Shown here: positions 35,496-44,824 of the stretch, piece by piece
Layout: each line of letters begins with the position of its first letter
How positions within the stretch are numbered: the stretch's first letter is position 1
NCBI GenBank assembly: GCA_051002255.1
Contig: JBPCMM010000229.1
Location: 1-48,941 of the forward strand
DNA: 48,941 bases
Reading direction: 5' to 3'
Source of the DNA: Pyrinomonadaceae bacterium
GTDB lineage: Bacteria > Acidobacteriota > Blastocatellia > Pyrinomonadales > Pyrinomonadaceae
Position numbers and translations under genes: made by a program
Notes under the pieces: generated by a model
Told to the model about the DNA's origin: nothing
Database searches by the model: none
Seen by the model: only the letters and a program-made list of their open reading frames with translations

Positions 35496-35577
35496 TTCGA
35501 TTTCGATTGCCGATTTACAGTAGCCACACGGAGGGAGCAATCACAAATTGGCAATCGGAATTTGGCAATCGGCAATC
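35496..35577. repeat. Family I inverted repeat built from heptanucleotide units (GGCAATC)
   Basis: The right arm is ggcaatc ggaattt ggcaatc ggcaatc (35550-35577). The left arm ttcgatttcgattgccgattt (35496-35517) contains the complementary gattgcc. The right arm ends 2 nt before ATG 35580. Confidence 0.8.
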
Positions 35578-35579
35578 TT

Positions 35580-36149
35580 ATGTTTTTCGCTCTGCAGATC
35601 AATACTAATGATCCAATGTTCTGGGTGATGGTGGTTATCACTCTGTCCTTCATCGTCATCGCTCTGGCGATGGTTTCGATTGCCGTGTTTGTGAGTCGCG
35701 CGGTCAAGTCGGTTAACCGGCTTGAAGAAAAACTCGAGCCCCTCGTGGAGAGAGTCACCGTGATGAGCGAACAGGGTCGGCAGATTGCAGTGCAAGGGAA
35801 GCAGATCGCTGAGCAGTTCAACGTCATGTCCAACCATCTTTCTACCGCCACCATGCACTTCTCCGAATCGCTGGCCATAATCAAGGGAGAAGTGGGTGAG
35901 CTGAAGCAGGTGGTTAGCGAGAGCGCCCACCAGGCTCGCGATAAGGTGGAGCTCGTCAGCCGCACGATTGACAATACCCACCGTCAGATTGCTTCGACTG
36001 CCGACTTCGTTCAGACCAAAGTCATCGAGCCGGCGCGTGAGCTGGCGGCAATTATGGCGGGCTTCCGCCGCGGCCTCGAAGTTCTCGTGGCGCCCGCGCC
36101 GAAGCCCATTAATCAGATTTACGGAGAGGATGAGATGTTCATCGGCTAA
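35580..36149 (+). CDS. DUF948-domain membrane protein
   Basis: The N-terminal TM is MFWVMVVITLSFIVIALAMVSIAVFV. A long coiled coil follows (SVNRLEEKLEPLVERV...). The start is ATG 35580 or ATG 35616. The track ORF from 35193 overlaps ytxH out of frame. Confidence 0.78.
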   Translation: MFFALQINTNDPMFWVMVVITLSFIVIALAMVSIAVFVSRAVKSVNRLEEKLEPLVERVTVMSEQGRQIAVQGKQIAEQFNVMSNHLSTATMHFSESLAIIKGEVGELKQVVSESAHQARDKVELVSRTIDNTHRQIASTADFVQTKVIEPARELAAIMAGFRRGLEVLVAPAPKPINQIYGEDEMFIG

Positions 36150-36173
36150 GCAACCGCCTCAGCAGTTCGCAAG

Positions 36174-36218
36174 AACCCGAACCATCTCATCCAAGAGCGT
36201 GGTTCGGGTTTTTAGTTT
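36174..36218 (+). terminator. Intrinsic terminator
   Basis: A 10-bp stem pairs aacccgaacc (36174-36183) with ggttcgggtt (36201-36210). It is followed by tttagttt. Confidence 0.65.
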
Positions 36219-36276
36219 ACGAGGCCTTTGTCTTCTTCACCTGCCTGCAGTGAAGTGGGCTTGGAAATTAAGAACA

Positions 36277-36345
36277 ATCCACGAAATACCACGAAATATA
36301 TCACTAACAAAATTTTCGTGTTCGTTCGTGTGGTTTCGTGGATCG
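36277..36345. repeat. Family C inverted repeat, copy 3
   Basis: atccacgaaataccacgaaatat (36277-36299) pairs with ttttcgtgttcgttcgtgtggtttcgtggatcg (36313-36345). It lies 109 nt upstream of the ileS start. Confidence 0.85.
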
Positions 36346-36453
36346 ATTGCTCCACCATGCCAACTCTCAAATTAGGATATACCACATGGCTTCTGCGATT
36401 TTGGCGCCCGCGCAGTTCTCCTGTTAGTATTGTTGATTCTTAAAACGGTAATT

Positions 36454-39441
36454 ATGTCCACTGAAACACCACTCGATCTGAAAAAGACGATCAACCTGCC
36501 AAAGACTGCTTTCTCGCAGAAGGCCAATCTCGCGCAGAGTGAAGTGGCGCGTCTAAAAAAATGGTCCGAACTTCGTCTTTATGAAATGATCCGGCAGGAG
36601 CGCTCCTGCGCGGAGAAGTTCATCTTGCATGATGGACCTCCCTACGCAAATGCCGACATCCATCTCGGCACGGCGATGAACAAGATCCTAAAAGACTTCA
36701 TCGTCAAATCGCGCACAATGATGGGCTACGACGCGCCCTATGTTCCTGGCTATGACTGCCACGGTCTGCCGATCGAGCTCTATGTAGATCGTAAGCTCGG
36801 TGCGAAGAAAGCCAATATGCCGGCAGTGTCGATTCGCCGCGCCTGCCGGGAGCACGCGTCAGAGGCATTGAAACGCCAGACGAAAGACTTCCAGCGACTC
36901 GGCATTCTGGGCGAATGGGACAATCCGTATCTCACGATGTCCAACCACTACGAAGCGGAAACGGCGCGGCTCTTCGGCCGCTTCGTCGAGCGCGGTTACG
37001 TGTACAAAGGCGCACGGCCCGTCTATTGGTGCATTCACGATCAAACAGCGCTTGCCGAAGCCGAAGTTGAGTATCACCAGCACACGAGTCCTTCGGTTTA
37101 CGTCAAGTTTCCTTTGAGCAGCGATCCGGGCTCAATCGATCCGGCACTGGCAGGTCGTAAAGTTTTCGTGCTGATTTGGACCACTACGCCCTGGACGCTT
37201 CCCGCCAATCTCGGTATAGCTGTGCATCCGGACTTTGAGTATGTGGCGTTCGAGCATGGCGATGAGGTTTATATCGTCGCCAGTGAATTGCTCGAGTCGG
37301 TGGCCGCTAAATGCGATCTCGGCGAACGGGATGCGAGCGGGGAACGTGTCGCGCCCAGAGTGCTCGCGCGCTTTCCCGGTATCAAACTCGATCGGCTCGA
37401 ATGCCGTCATGCCTGGCTTGGTCGCACGTCGCTCTTGATGCTGGGAGAACACGTAACTCTGGGCGGCGAGGCTGACGCCGAAGTCGAACTGGATGTCAGA
37501 GAAGCGAGAGAGAAGAAAGTTACCGGCAAGGCAGGCACCGGCTGTGTACACACCGCGCCCGGCCACGGGCACGACGACTTTGTAATCGGTAAGCGTTACG
37601 GTCTTGATATTTACTGCCCGGTGGATAACGCGGGCCACTTCACGCCTGAAGTCGAGCACTTTGCCGGTCAGAATGTCTTCGAAGCCAATCCTCGAATTGT
37701 GGAATTCATGCGAGAACGCGGTGTACTACTGTTCACAGAAAACTACGAGCACCGTTACCCGCACTGTTGGCGCTGTAAGAATCCGGTAATCTTTCGCGCC
37801 ACGCCGCAGTGGTTTATTTCCATGGACCGGGCTGGTGGCCCAGTGGTGGAGCGCGACGAAGATGGTCGTGATCGCACCAACTTCACCGAAAACTTCTCCG
37901 ACGCGACGTCGACGTCTCCCGCTTCGCTCAGGGAAGCTGCCTTGCGAGAAATCGAACGCGTCGAGTGGCTTCCCTCCTGGGGCGAGGAGCGGATGCGCAA
38001 CATGTTCAAGGGCCGGCCGGATTGGTGCGTCTCCCGCCAGCGCGTCTGGGGAGTTTCCATTCCAGTCTTCTACTGCGCTAAGTGCAATGAGGCCGTGGCA
38101 GATCCTCAAATCATCAACCACGTTGCCGACGTGTTTGAACGCGAGTCAGCCGATGCCTGGTACACACGCGAGGCGCACGAGCTGTTGCCGGAAGGGTACG
38201 AGTGTAAAAAGTGTGGCGCGGACGAGTGGATCAAAGAGACCGACATTCTGGACGTTTGGTTCGATAGTGGCGCCTCATCAATTGCCGTACTGGAGAATCG
38301 CCCTGAGTTGCGCTGGCCGGCTGACGTGTACATCGAAGGTGGTGATCAGTTTCGCGGGTGGTTCAATTCATCACTGATGGTGGGACTGGCGGTGCGCGGC
38401 CGTGCTCCGTTCAAGACCGTACTCACCCATGGTTGGACGGTGGATGCGCAAGGTAAGGCAATGCACAAGTCAACGGGTAATGCCGTGCCGCCGGATGAAG
38501 TCATTAAAGACGCGGGTGCGGAAATTCTCCGTTTGTGGTGTGCCTCCTCAAATTATTTCGACGATATGCGTTGCTCGGTGGAAATATTGCAGCGCGTCAC
38601 CGACGGTTATCGCAAACTGCGCAATACCGCTCGCTTTGCACTGGGCAATCTTCACGGGTTTGATCCCGCACGCGACAGCGTCACAAAAGAGGATATGCTG
38701 GAGATCGATCGGTGGGCGCTGGCTGAGCTAGATGCTGTGATTGGAAGGGTGCGCAAAGCGTTTGAAGCCTACGAGTTTCATACGGTCTATCATACTCTCT
38801 ACAACTTTTCCACCGTTACACTTTCAGCGCGCTACTTCGACATCATCAAGGATCGTCTCTATACATTTGCGCCGCGCAATCCCGCGCGACGCTCTGCGCA
38901 GACAGCCCTCTATCGGATTGCCGACTCGCTCGCGCTCATGCTGGCGCCCATACTAGCTTTTACGGCTGACGAGATCTGGGAAAACCTGCCGGCACACGAT
39001 ACCAAAGTACGAACGGCGTCGGTACATCTCGGCACATTTCCCGAGGCTAATCAGCAAACCGACACCGCCGTGCTCTCAGAGTGGGAAAGACTTTTTGAGA
39101 TCCGCGACGACGTTCTCCGGGCCCTGGAAGAATCAAGAACCGCCAAGTTGATTGGCAGCTCGTTGGAGGCGCGCGTTGAGATCTCAGCGGCGGGGAGCGC
39201 TTACGAACTGCTTGAACGATACAAAGAGCAACTGCGCTACATCTTCATTGTCTCGCAGGTAGATGTGCTTTCTTCGGAAGAAGGCGCGAGCGGGGTGCTA
39301 ATCAAGATCCATCCCGCGGCCGGCGAAAAATGTGAGCGCTGCTGGAACTACTCAACTCGCGTAGGAGAATCGCCCCGTTACCCCGCTGTTTGCGAGCGCT
39401 GCGTAACAGCTTTGGAAGAGATTGAGCGGGACACTGTTTAG
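36454..39441 (+). CDS. ileS: Isoleucine--tRNA ligase (type 1, with C-terminal zinc finger)
   Basis: The HIGH region is PPYANADIHLGT and the KMSKS-type loop is GKAMHKSTGN. The CP1 editing domain is present. The C-terminal zinc motif is CERCWNY...CERC. ATG 36454 gives MSTETPLDLKKTINLPKT. Confidence 0.97.
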   Translation: MSTETPLDLKKTINLPKTAFSQKANLAQSEVARLKKWSELRLYEMIRQERSCAEKFILHDGPPYANADIHLGTAMNKILKDFIVKSRTMMGYDAPYVPGYDCHGLPIELYVDRKLGAKKANMPAVSIRRACREHASEALKRQTKDFQRLGILGEWDNPYLTMSNHYEAETARLFGRFVERGYVYKGARPVYWCIHDQTALAEAEVEYHQHTSPSVYVKFPLSSDPGSIDPALAGRKVFVLIWTTTPWTLPANLGIAVHPDFEYVAFEHGDEVYIVASELLESVAAKCDLGERDASGERVAPRVLARFPGIKLDRLECRHAWLGRTSLLMLGEHVTLGGEADAEVELDVREAREKKVTGKAGTGCVHTAPGHGHDDFVIGKRYGLDIYCPVDNAGHFTPEVEHFAGQNVFEANPRIVEFMRERGVLLFTENYEHRYPHCWRCKNPVIFRATPQWFISMDRAGGPVVERDEDGRDRTNFTENFSDATSTSPASLREAALREIERVEWLPSWGEERMRNMFKGRPDWCVSRQRVWGVSIPVFYCAKCNEAVADPQIINHVADVFERESADAWYTREAHELLPEGYECKKCGADEWIKETDILDVWFDSGASSIAVLENRPELRWPADVYIEGGDQFRGWFNSSLMVGLAVRGRAPFKTVLTHGWTVDAQGKAMHKSTGNAVPPDEVIKDAGAEILRLWCASSNYFDDMRCSVEILQRVTDGYRKLRNTARFALGNLHGFDPARDSVTKEDMLEIDRWALAELDAVIGRVRKAFEAYEFHTVYHTLYNFSTVTLSARYFDIIKDRLYTFAPRNPARRSAQTALYRIADSLALMLAPILAFTADEIWENLPAHDTKVRTASVHLGTFPEANQQTDTAVLSEWERLFEIRDDVLRALEESRTAKLIGSSLEARVEISAAGSAYELLERYKEQLRYIFIVSQVDVLSSEEGASGVLIKIHPAAGEKCERCWNYSTRVGESPRYPAVCERCVTALEEIERDTV

Positions 39442-39637
39442 TTTATTAGAAGCTTAGGGATGAACCGTTGGTTGACTCTAAGGATCCGGTCGCTACCGTT
39501 TGAAAACTCGGTACAAATAACGCTAAAAGCGTAATTCAAGTCGAGCTTTGACACAGTTTCAGAGCTTCCGCACGGGTTCGGCAAGCGGCGAACACCTTTG
39601 GCGACCACTTTGACGTTCGAATAATTCTGGCGGGCGC

Positions 39638-40174
39638 ATGAACGAAGTTCCACCGAGAGATAATTCATCCACCCGCCTTGGTTGGCGCGCGGGCTACCTG
39701 CTTGTCGCGTTTGGCATCTACATGGCTGACCAGGCAAGCAAGGCTTGGGCATTGCGTGCGCTTCGATTCGGTGATGAACGAACTATTATCAGTGGCTTCC
39801 TGGATTTTGTTTACACGGAGAATAGAGGCATCGCTTTTGGCCAGTTACAGGAAGGCGGGTCCTTTGGGCGCTGGTTCTTGGTCATTCTCGCGCTCGCCGC
39901 AGCCGTCGCTGTGCTCTACTATTTTATGCGCACTCCCCGCAACGACGATCGCATTCTGGGTGCGTGCGCGTTGCTGCTGGCAGGCATTACCGGAAATCTG
40001 ACTGACCGCGTGCGACTAGGCTATGTTATCGATTTTATCTCTGTGCATGCCGGCTCGTATCATTGGCCCACGTTCAACGTCGCAGACGCAAGTATCTGCG
40101 TCGGCGCAGGCCTGCTGGCCTACGATCTGATTCTTGAAGGAAGAAGAGAGAAGAGGTCGGTAGTAAGTCAGTAG
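39638..40174 (+). CDS. lspA: Lipoprotein signal peptidase (signal peptidase II)
   Basis: 178 aa with DQASKAW, NRGIAFG and FNVADASI, plus four TM segments. It sits in the conserved position after ileS. Confidence 0.93.
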   Translation: MNEVPPRDNSSTRLGWRAGYLLVAFGIYMADQASKAWALRALRFGDERTIISGFLDFVYTENRGIAFGQLQEGGSFGRWFLVILALAAAVAVLYYFMRTPRNDDRILGACALLLAGITGNLTDRVRLGYVIDFISVHAGSYHWPTFNVADASICVGAGLLAYDLILEGRREKRSVVSQ

Positions 40175-40266
40175 TCGTTGTCCGTTGTCAGTGGCAATAG
40201 ATTCGGCTCCCAGTGTCGTGAGCTGTGAACTTTGCGCTTAGTACAAAAGACAAAGTACAAAGAACC

Positions 40267-41100
40267 ATGTATCCGGAACTATTTCGCATCGGCAACTTTC
40301 CCATAAACACGTACGGCGTGTTTCTCGCGCTCGCTTTTCTCTGCGCGATCCTGATCACGGTCAGACTCGCCGGGCGTGATGGATTACCCCGCGAAAAGAT
40401 ATACGACTTGAGCCTCTGGATGCTCCTGGCGTCGCTTATCGGCTCGAAGATCCTGATGTTCTTTGTCGAGCCCGAGTATCGGGAGAACCCGCTGCAGCTG
40501 CTTTCGCTCGACTTCCTCCGTTCGGGCGGAGTTTTCTATGGTGGGCTGATCGGGGCGATACTCGCCGGCTACTTTCTAATGCGTCGTTACAATCTGCCCT
40601 GGTGGAAAACCGCCGACGCCTGCGCACCCGGCATCGCCCTCGGAAATTTCTTCGGCCGCCAGGGATGTTTTGCCGCCGGCTGCTGTTGGGGTACGCCCAC
40701 TTCTTTGCCCTGGGGCGTGAAGTTCACGGAGTTGGGACATCAGATTACTGGCGTCCCTATTGACGTACATCTTCACCCGACGCAACTCTACGAGTCATTC
40801 TCAATGCTGATAGTGTTCCTCTTTCTGCTGTGGCTGCACAAGCACAAGCGTTTTAGCGGACAGGTAATACTCCTTTACGTCTTAATCTATTCGGTCATTC
40901 GTTTTATGATTGAGTTCGTTCGCGACAACAAGCGCAGCGACCTTTTGGGTTTGACGTCCTTAACTGGTCTCTCCACATCGCAGTTGATCAGCATTCTCAT
41001 CGGGATCACCGCGCTGGTTCTGCTGGTTATTCGGTGGCGTAAGTCGAGCACAATCGCCAAGACCGAGAGCCAGGTTGCATCCACTGCCGCGCACGCATAA
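40267..41100 (+). CDS. lgt: Prolipoprotein diacylglyceryl transferase
   Basis: MYPELFRIGNFPINTYGVFLALAFL is followed by GGLIGA, FGRQGCFAAGCCWGTP and HPTQLYES. ATG 40267 is preferred over the longer GTG 40225 ORF. Confidence 0.93.
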   Translation: MYPELFRIGNFPINTYGVFLALAFLCAILITVRLAGRDGLPREKIYDLSLWMLLASLIGSKILMFFVEPEYRENPLQLLSLDFLRSGGVFYGGLIGAILAGYFLMRRYNLPWWKTADACAPGIALGNFFGRQGCFAAGCCWGTPTSLPWGVKFTELGHQITGVPIDVHLHPTQLYESFSMLIVFLFLLWLHKHKRFSGQVILLYVLIYSVIRFMIEFVRDNKRSDLLGLTSLTGLSTSQLISILIGITALVLLVIRWRKSSTIAKTESQVASTAAHA

Positions 41101-41143
41101 ATTCAGTGACTGGCATTAATTCTTTAGAACAGGACACCTAATC

Positions 41144-42205
41144 GTGAAATCATTAGCTTGCTTGTCTGCGATTGGAATTCTAGCGGTAATCCTGGTGACA
41201 CTTGGCCACTTACCGGAGGTGAAACCGTCCGTCGCATCACCGCTTCAGACTGAGGAGCACCTGGGTAATATCAAGCAGTTAACGTTTGGTGGCGAAAACG
41301 CTGAAGCCTATTTTTCAGCGGACGGTCGAAAGCTTATTTTTCAGTCCACGCGCGACGGCCGCGAATGTGACCAGATTTATACGATGAATGTAGACGGCTC
41401 GGCCTTAAAAATGATTTCAAATGGCGCTGGCCGAACGACGTGCTCCTATTTCTTCCCTAATCTGGGTCGCGTGCTCTACTCATCGACTCATCTGGGCGGA
41501 ACCGCCTGCCCGCCGCGTCCAGATTTTTCCAAGGGCTATGTATGGGCCATCTACCCCAGCTATGACATTTTCATTGCCCGCCCAAATGGCTCACAGATTC
41601 AGCAGCTGACAAAGACGCCAGGCTACGATGCCGAGGCGACGATCTCGACGAACGGTAAGAAGATAGTCTTCACCTCAATGCGAGACGGCGACCTCGATAT
41701 TTACACGATGGACGCAAACGGCCAAAATGTTCGTCGGTTGACGAATGAACTCGGCTACGATGGTGGGCCCTTTTTTTCCCCCGACGGCAGGCAGATCGTC
41801 TATCGCGCGCATCACCCGCAAACCGAAAAGGATAAGAGTGATTATCAGAGCCTGCTCAAGCACAACTTGATCCGTCCCAGCACCCTTGAGCTTTGGGTCA
41901 TGAATGCTGACGGTTCTAACAAACGGCAAATTACCCGTAATGGCAAAGCTAACTTCGCGCCCTATTTCTTCCCGGACGGCAAACGAATCATCTTCTCGTC
42001 AAACATGGATGACCCCAAAGGACGGGATTTCGATCTCTACAAAATCAACGTCGACGGATCAGGGCTCGAGCGCATCACATTCAATGACACCTTTGATGGC
42101 TTCCCGATGTTCTCGCCTAACGGAAAGCAAATTGTGTTTGCCTCCAATCGCAGTGCGAAGGCTCGCGGCGAGACGAACGTATTTATTGCGGATTGGGTTG
42201 AATAG
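41144..42205 (+). CDS. Exported TolB-like beta-propeller protein (PD40/WD40-like repeats)
   Basis: 353 aa with an N-terminal signal or anchor. Repeats of the F-S-P-D/N-G-K/R-x-I-V/I-F type occur several times (FSADGRKLIFQS, FSPDGRQIVYRA, FFPDGKRIIFSS, FSPNGKQIVFAS). Confidence 0.85.
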   Translation: MKSLACLSAIGILAVILVTLGHLPEVKPSVASPLQTEEHLGNIKQLTFGGENAEAYFSADGRKLIFQSTRDGRECDQIYTMNVDGSALKMISNGAGRTTCSYFFPNLGRVLYSSTHLGGTACPPRPDFSKGYVWAIYPSYDIFIARPNGSQIQQLTKTPGYDAEATISTNGKKIVFTSMRDGDLDIYTMDANGQNVRRLTNELGYDGGPFFSPDGRQIVYRAHHPQTEKDKSDYQSLLKHNLIRPSTLELWVMNADGSNKRQITRNGKANFAPYFFPDGKRIIFSSNMDDPKGRDFDLYKINVDGSGLERITFNDTFDGFPMFSPNGKQIVFASNRSAKARGETNVFIADWVE

Positions 42206-42276
42206 GGTTAGGGGCAGGTTGCCAAAGCAGGTTGCCAAATTTGAACCGCCCGTTCTGTACCCCAACCAAAGGAGAC

Positions 42277-42343
42277 GATCCCACAAAATCGCACGAAATG
42301 ACATCACAAGACTTCGTGGTCGTTCGTGTGATTTCGTGGATCG
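42277..42343. repeat. Family C inverted repeat, copy 4
   Basis: gatcccacaaaatcgcacgaaatg (42277-42300) pairs with cttcgtggtcgttcgtgtgatttcgtggatcg (42312-42343). It lies 148 nt upstream of ATG 42491. Confidence 0.85.
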
Positions 42344-42490
42344 CTTTCCTCGGTCGAATGGTCAACCAGCAAGAACCACGGGTTCTTGCTTCACGGCATA
42401 CTGAGCACAAAAAAATGGAATTAGGACGCGACTCTCAAGTTTACTAACTTCAGAACATAGAACTCAGATGTAAGCTGGGGAATTTTTGCA

Positions 42491-44527
42491 ATGAAAACCA
42501 AACTGTTCCGCTGGAAATTTTTGTTCCTCATCCTCAGCATCGCGATACCGATCGCGGCAATTGCGCAGCAACCAGCATCTCAAATCGCACCCAGCGCGGA
42601 GCGATTGCGCTCACACATCACCTACCTCGCCTCCGAAGCACTCGAAGGCCGGCGCACGGGGACGCCCGGAGCTGACGGCGCGGCCCAGTTCATAGCCGGC
42701 GAGTTTGTCCGTCTCGGTTTGAAGCCCGGTGATCCGTCTGCCCACGCGCCGCGCACCAGGGGCGAAGCTCAATCCAGATTCCTGCAACGATTTCCGTTTG
42801 TCGCGGGCGTTGAACTCGGCAAGAACAACATGTTGCGGTTGATTCCGCAAACGTCAATCCGGCCAGCCGGAAGTGCTGGAACGGCCACGGCAGCTCTCGA
42901 CTTCCGCGCCGGCGACGACTGGGTGCCGGCGGGTTTCTCCTCAAGTACTCGTGTTGTTGATGCGCCGCTTGCTTTCGTGAACTACGGCATCACTGCTCCG
43001 GAATTGTTCTATGACGATTACGCCGGTTCCCGAGTCGACGGATATGTTGCAGTAGCATTCTCAGGCACACCCGATGGAGACAATCCGCACGGCACTTTTG
43101 CGCGCTACGAAGACTTGCGCTTCAAAGCGATCGCGGCGCGCAACGCGGGCGCGAAAGGATTGATCGTCATAGGGCGCGAGGTGAATTTCAAAGACGACCC
43201 GCTGTCGCGCCTTTGTTACGACAACAACACCAGCGAGGCCGGCTTGCCGGTAGTTGCCATCTCAAAACAGAGCGCCGAACGTATTCTACAGGCCGGCGGC
43301 TTACAGAATTCCATTTCCGAACTTGAAACTGCAATCCGCGAAATGATTGCAACTGCGACAAAGATGGGTCGGTCTGCTGAGCGGGACAAAACCCTGGAAC
43401 CCAGGCTGCTTGATTCTGTGAAGGTAACCCTTCAAGTTGACATCATCCGCCGCGAAGTCCCTGCGGCAAACGTCATCGGCATACTCGAGGGCTCTGATCC
43501 AACCCTGAAAAACGAAGCCATCGTGATTGGAGCGCACTATGATCATCTGGGTCGAGGCGGCGCGGGCAGCCTGGCCCGGCGAGAAGGCGATGTGCACCAC
43601 GGAGCAGATGACAATGCTTCCGGAACTGCTGGCGTGATCGAGCTGGCGCGGTTGTTTTCAACTCAGCGACCCAAACCACGACGAACGATCGTCTTCGTAG
43701 CTTTCAGCGGAGAGGAAGAAGGACTGCTCGGCTCGAATTACTACGTCAACCACCCCGTGGCCCCGCTCGCAAACACTGTCGCCATGATTAATATGGACAT
43801 GATTGGCCGGATGAAGGACGGGAAACTCGTGATCGGAGGGGTCGGCACCGCGCCGGAGTGGCCGGCGATAATCGAGCGGGCCAACGTCCTACAGGGCCTG
43901 ACTGTCAATGCGAGTTCTGAGGCCCACCCTTCCAACAGCTTGCCGATGGTGGTTGGTGCCAACGGCCGAGTGGTTGTCGGCAGCGATGTAGCCAAACAGT
44001 TTCTGCTTACCTTGAACGAAGATGGTTTTGGCCCAAGTGATCACTCTTCGTTCTACGCCAAGCAGGTCCCCATCCTCTTCTTCTGGACCGGGACACACGT
44101 CGACTATCACAAGCCTTCTGATACTGCGGAGAAGATCAACTATGGCGACGAGGCCCGCATACTCGCAATGGTGGCCCGCATCGTTCATGACGTCGACGCG
44201 AGCGACAAACGGCCCACATACCAGGTCGCCAAAAGCGCAGGCTCGGGACGCTCGACCGGGTTCCGCGTTTTTCTCGGCACCATTCCTAACTACGCTGACT
44301 CGAGCGACGGTTTATTGTTGGACGGAGTGCGTGATGATTCCCCGGCAGCTCAGGCTGGATTGAAGGCCGGCGACAGGATTGTGAAGATGGCCGGACGCGA
44401 CGTGCACAATGTCTACGACTACACGGCCGCGTTAGGCGAAATGAAAGCTGGTCGGGAGTATGAAGTGGAAATTAGGCGCGGTAGCGAGCGCTTGAAATTG
44501 AAGCTCACGCCGGCAGCGAGGAAATAA
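42491..44527 (+). CDS. Exported M28-family aminopeptidase with PA domain and C-terminal PDZ domain
   Basis: 678 aa with a signal peptide. The M28 metal ligand motifs are HYDHLG, GADDNASGTAGVIELAR, FSGEEEGLLGS and GPSDHSSF. The C-terminal PDZ region reads GLKAGDRIVKMAGRDV. Confidence 0.9.
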   Translation: MKTKLFRWKFLFLILSIAIPIAAIAQQPASQIAPSAERLRSHITYLASEALEGRRTGTPGADGAAQFIAGEFVRLGLKPGDPSAHAPRTRGEAQSRFLQRFPFVAGVELGKNNMLRLIPQTSIRPAGSAGTATAALDFRAGDDWVPAGFSSSTRVVDAPLAFVNYGITAPELFYDDYAGSRVDGYVAVAFSGTPDGDNPHGTFARYEDLRFKAIAARNAGAKGLIVIGREVNFKDDPLSRLCYDNNTSEAGLPVVAISKQSAERILQAGGLQNSISELETAIREMIATATKMGRSAERDKTLEPRLLDSVKVTLQVDIIRREVPAANVIGILEGSDPTLKNEAIVIGAHYDHLGRGGAGSLARREGDVHHGADDNASGTAGVIELARLFSTQRPKPRRTIVFVAFSGEEEGLLGSNYYVNHPVAPLANTVAMINMDMIGRMKDGKLVIGGVGTAPEWPAIIERANVLQGLTVNASSEAHPSNSLPMVVGANGRVVVGSDVAKQFLLTLNEDGFGPSDHSSFYAKQVPILFFWTGTHVDYHKPSDTAEKINYGDEARILAMVARIVHDVDASDKRPTYQVAKSAGSGRSTGFRVFLGTIPNYADSSDGLLLDGVRDDSPAAQAGLKAGDRIVKMAGRDVHNVYDYTAALGEMKAGREYEVEIRRGSERLKLKLTPAARK

Positions 44528-44531
44528 ACGA

Positions 44532-44619
44532 GGGCAAAGGGTAAACGGGGAATGGAGAGAATACCGCTAACACCCTCGGGCGCGCCCTATTCCTCTTTTT
44601 CCCCTTTCCCCTTTTTCCC
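44532..44619. repeat. Family D purine/pyrimidine-tract inverted repeat (related to 132-213)
   Basis: gggcaaagggtaaacggggaatggagaga (44532-44560) pairs with ttcctctttttcccctttcccctttttccc (44590-44619). It lies between convergent 3' ends. Confidence 0.65.
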
Positions 44620-44629
44620 AGAACGCTCT

Positions 44630-44818
44630 TTACCACCGCGGCTCGCGTTCGTAGCGATCGCCACTGCGATCACCACCGCCGCCACCTCGATAGCCTCCAC
44701 GGTCGCCACCGTAATTACCACGGCCACCGCGATCCGCTCTCGGCTTAGCTTCATTAACTGTCAAATTACGACCACCAAAGTCCTTGCCGTTAAACTGCTC
44801 GATCGCCGCGGCCGGCTC
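44630..44818 (-). pseudogene. 3' fragment of an RRM-type RNA-binding protein gene (RNP motifs missing)
   Basis: The minus-strand frame reads [62 protein letters not shown]. This is the last beta-strands of a bacterial RRM plus an RGG tail. The frame is closed upstream by TGA at 44819-44821, with no start codon. The 5' two-thirds (RNP-2 and RNP-1) are absent on either side of the adjacent repeat. Confidence 0.65.
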
Positions 44819-44824
44819 TCAACC

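Noticed and set aside
36368-36390. A T-box-like string (aaattaggatataccacatgg) in the ileS leader, resembling the T-box consensus AATTAGGGTGGTACCGCG
   Set aside because: Only the AATTAGG prefix and TACC match. The UGGN bulge that pairs with the tRNA NCCA end is absent. I see no Stem I with an AUC specifier, no AG bulge or distal-loop motifs, and no terminator/antiterminator or SD-sequestering alternative. The rest of the leader is occupied by a family C repeat that also precedes unrelated genes.
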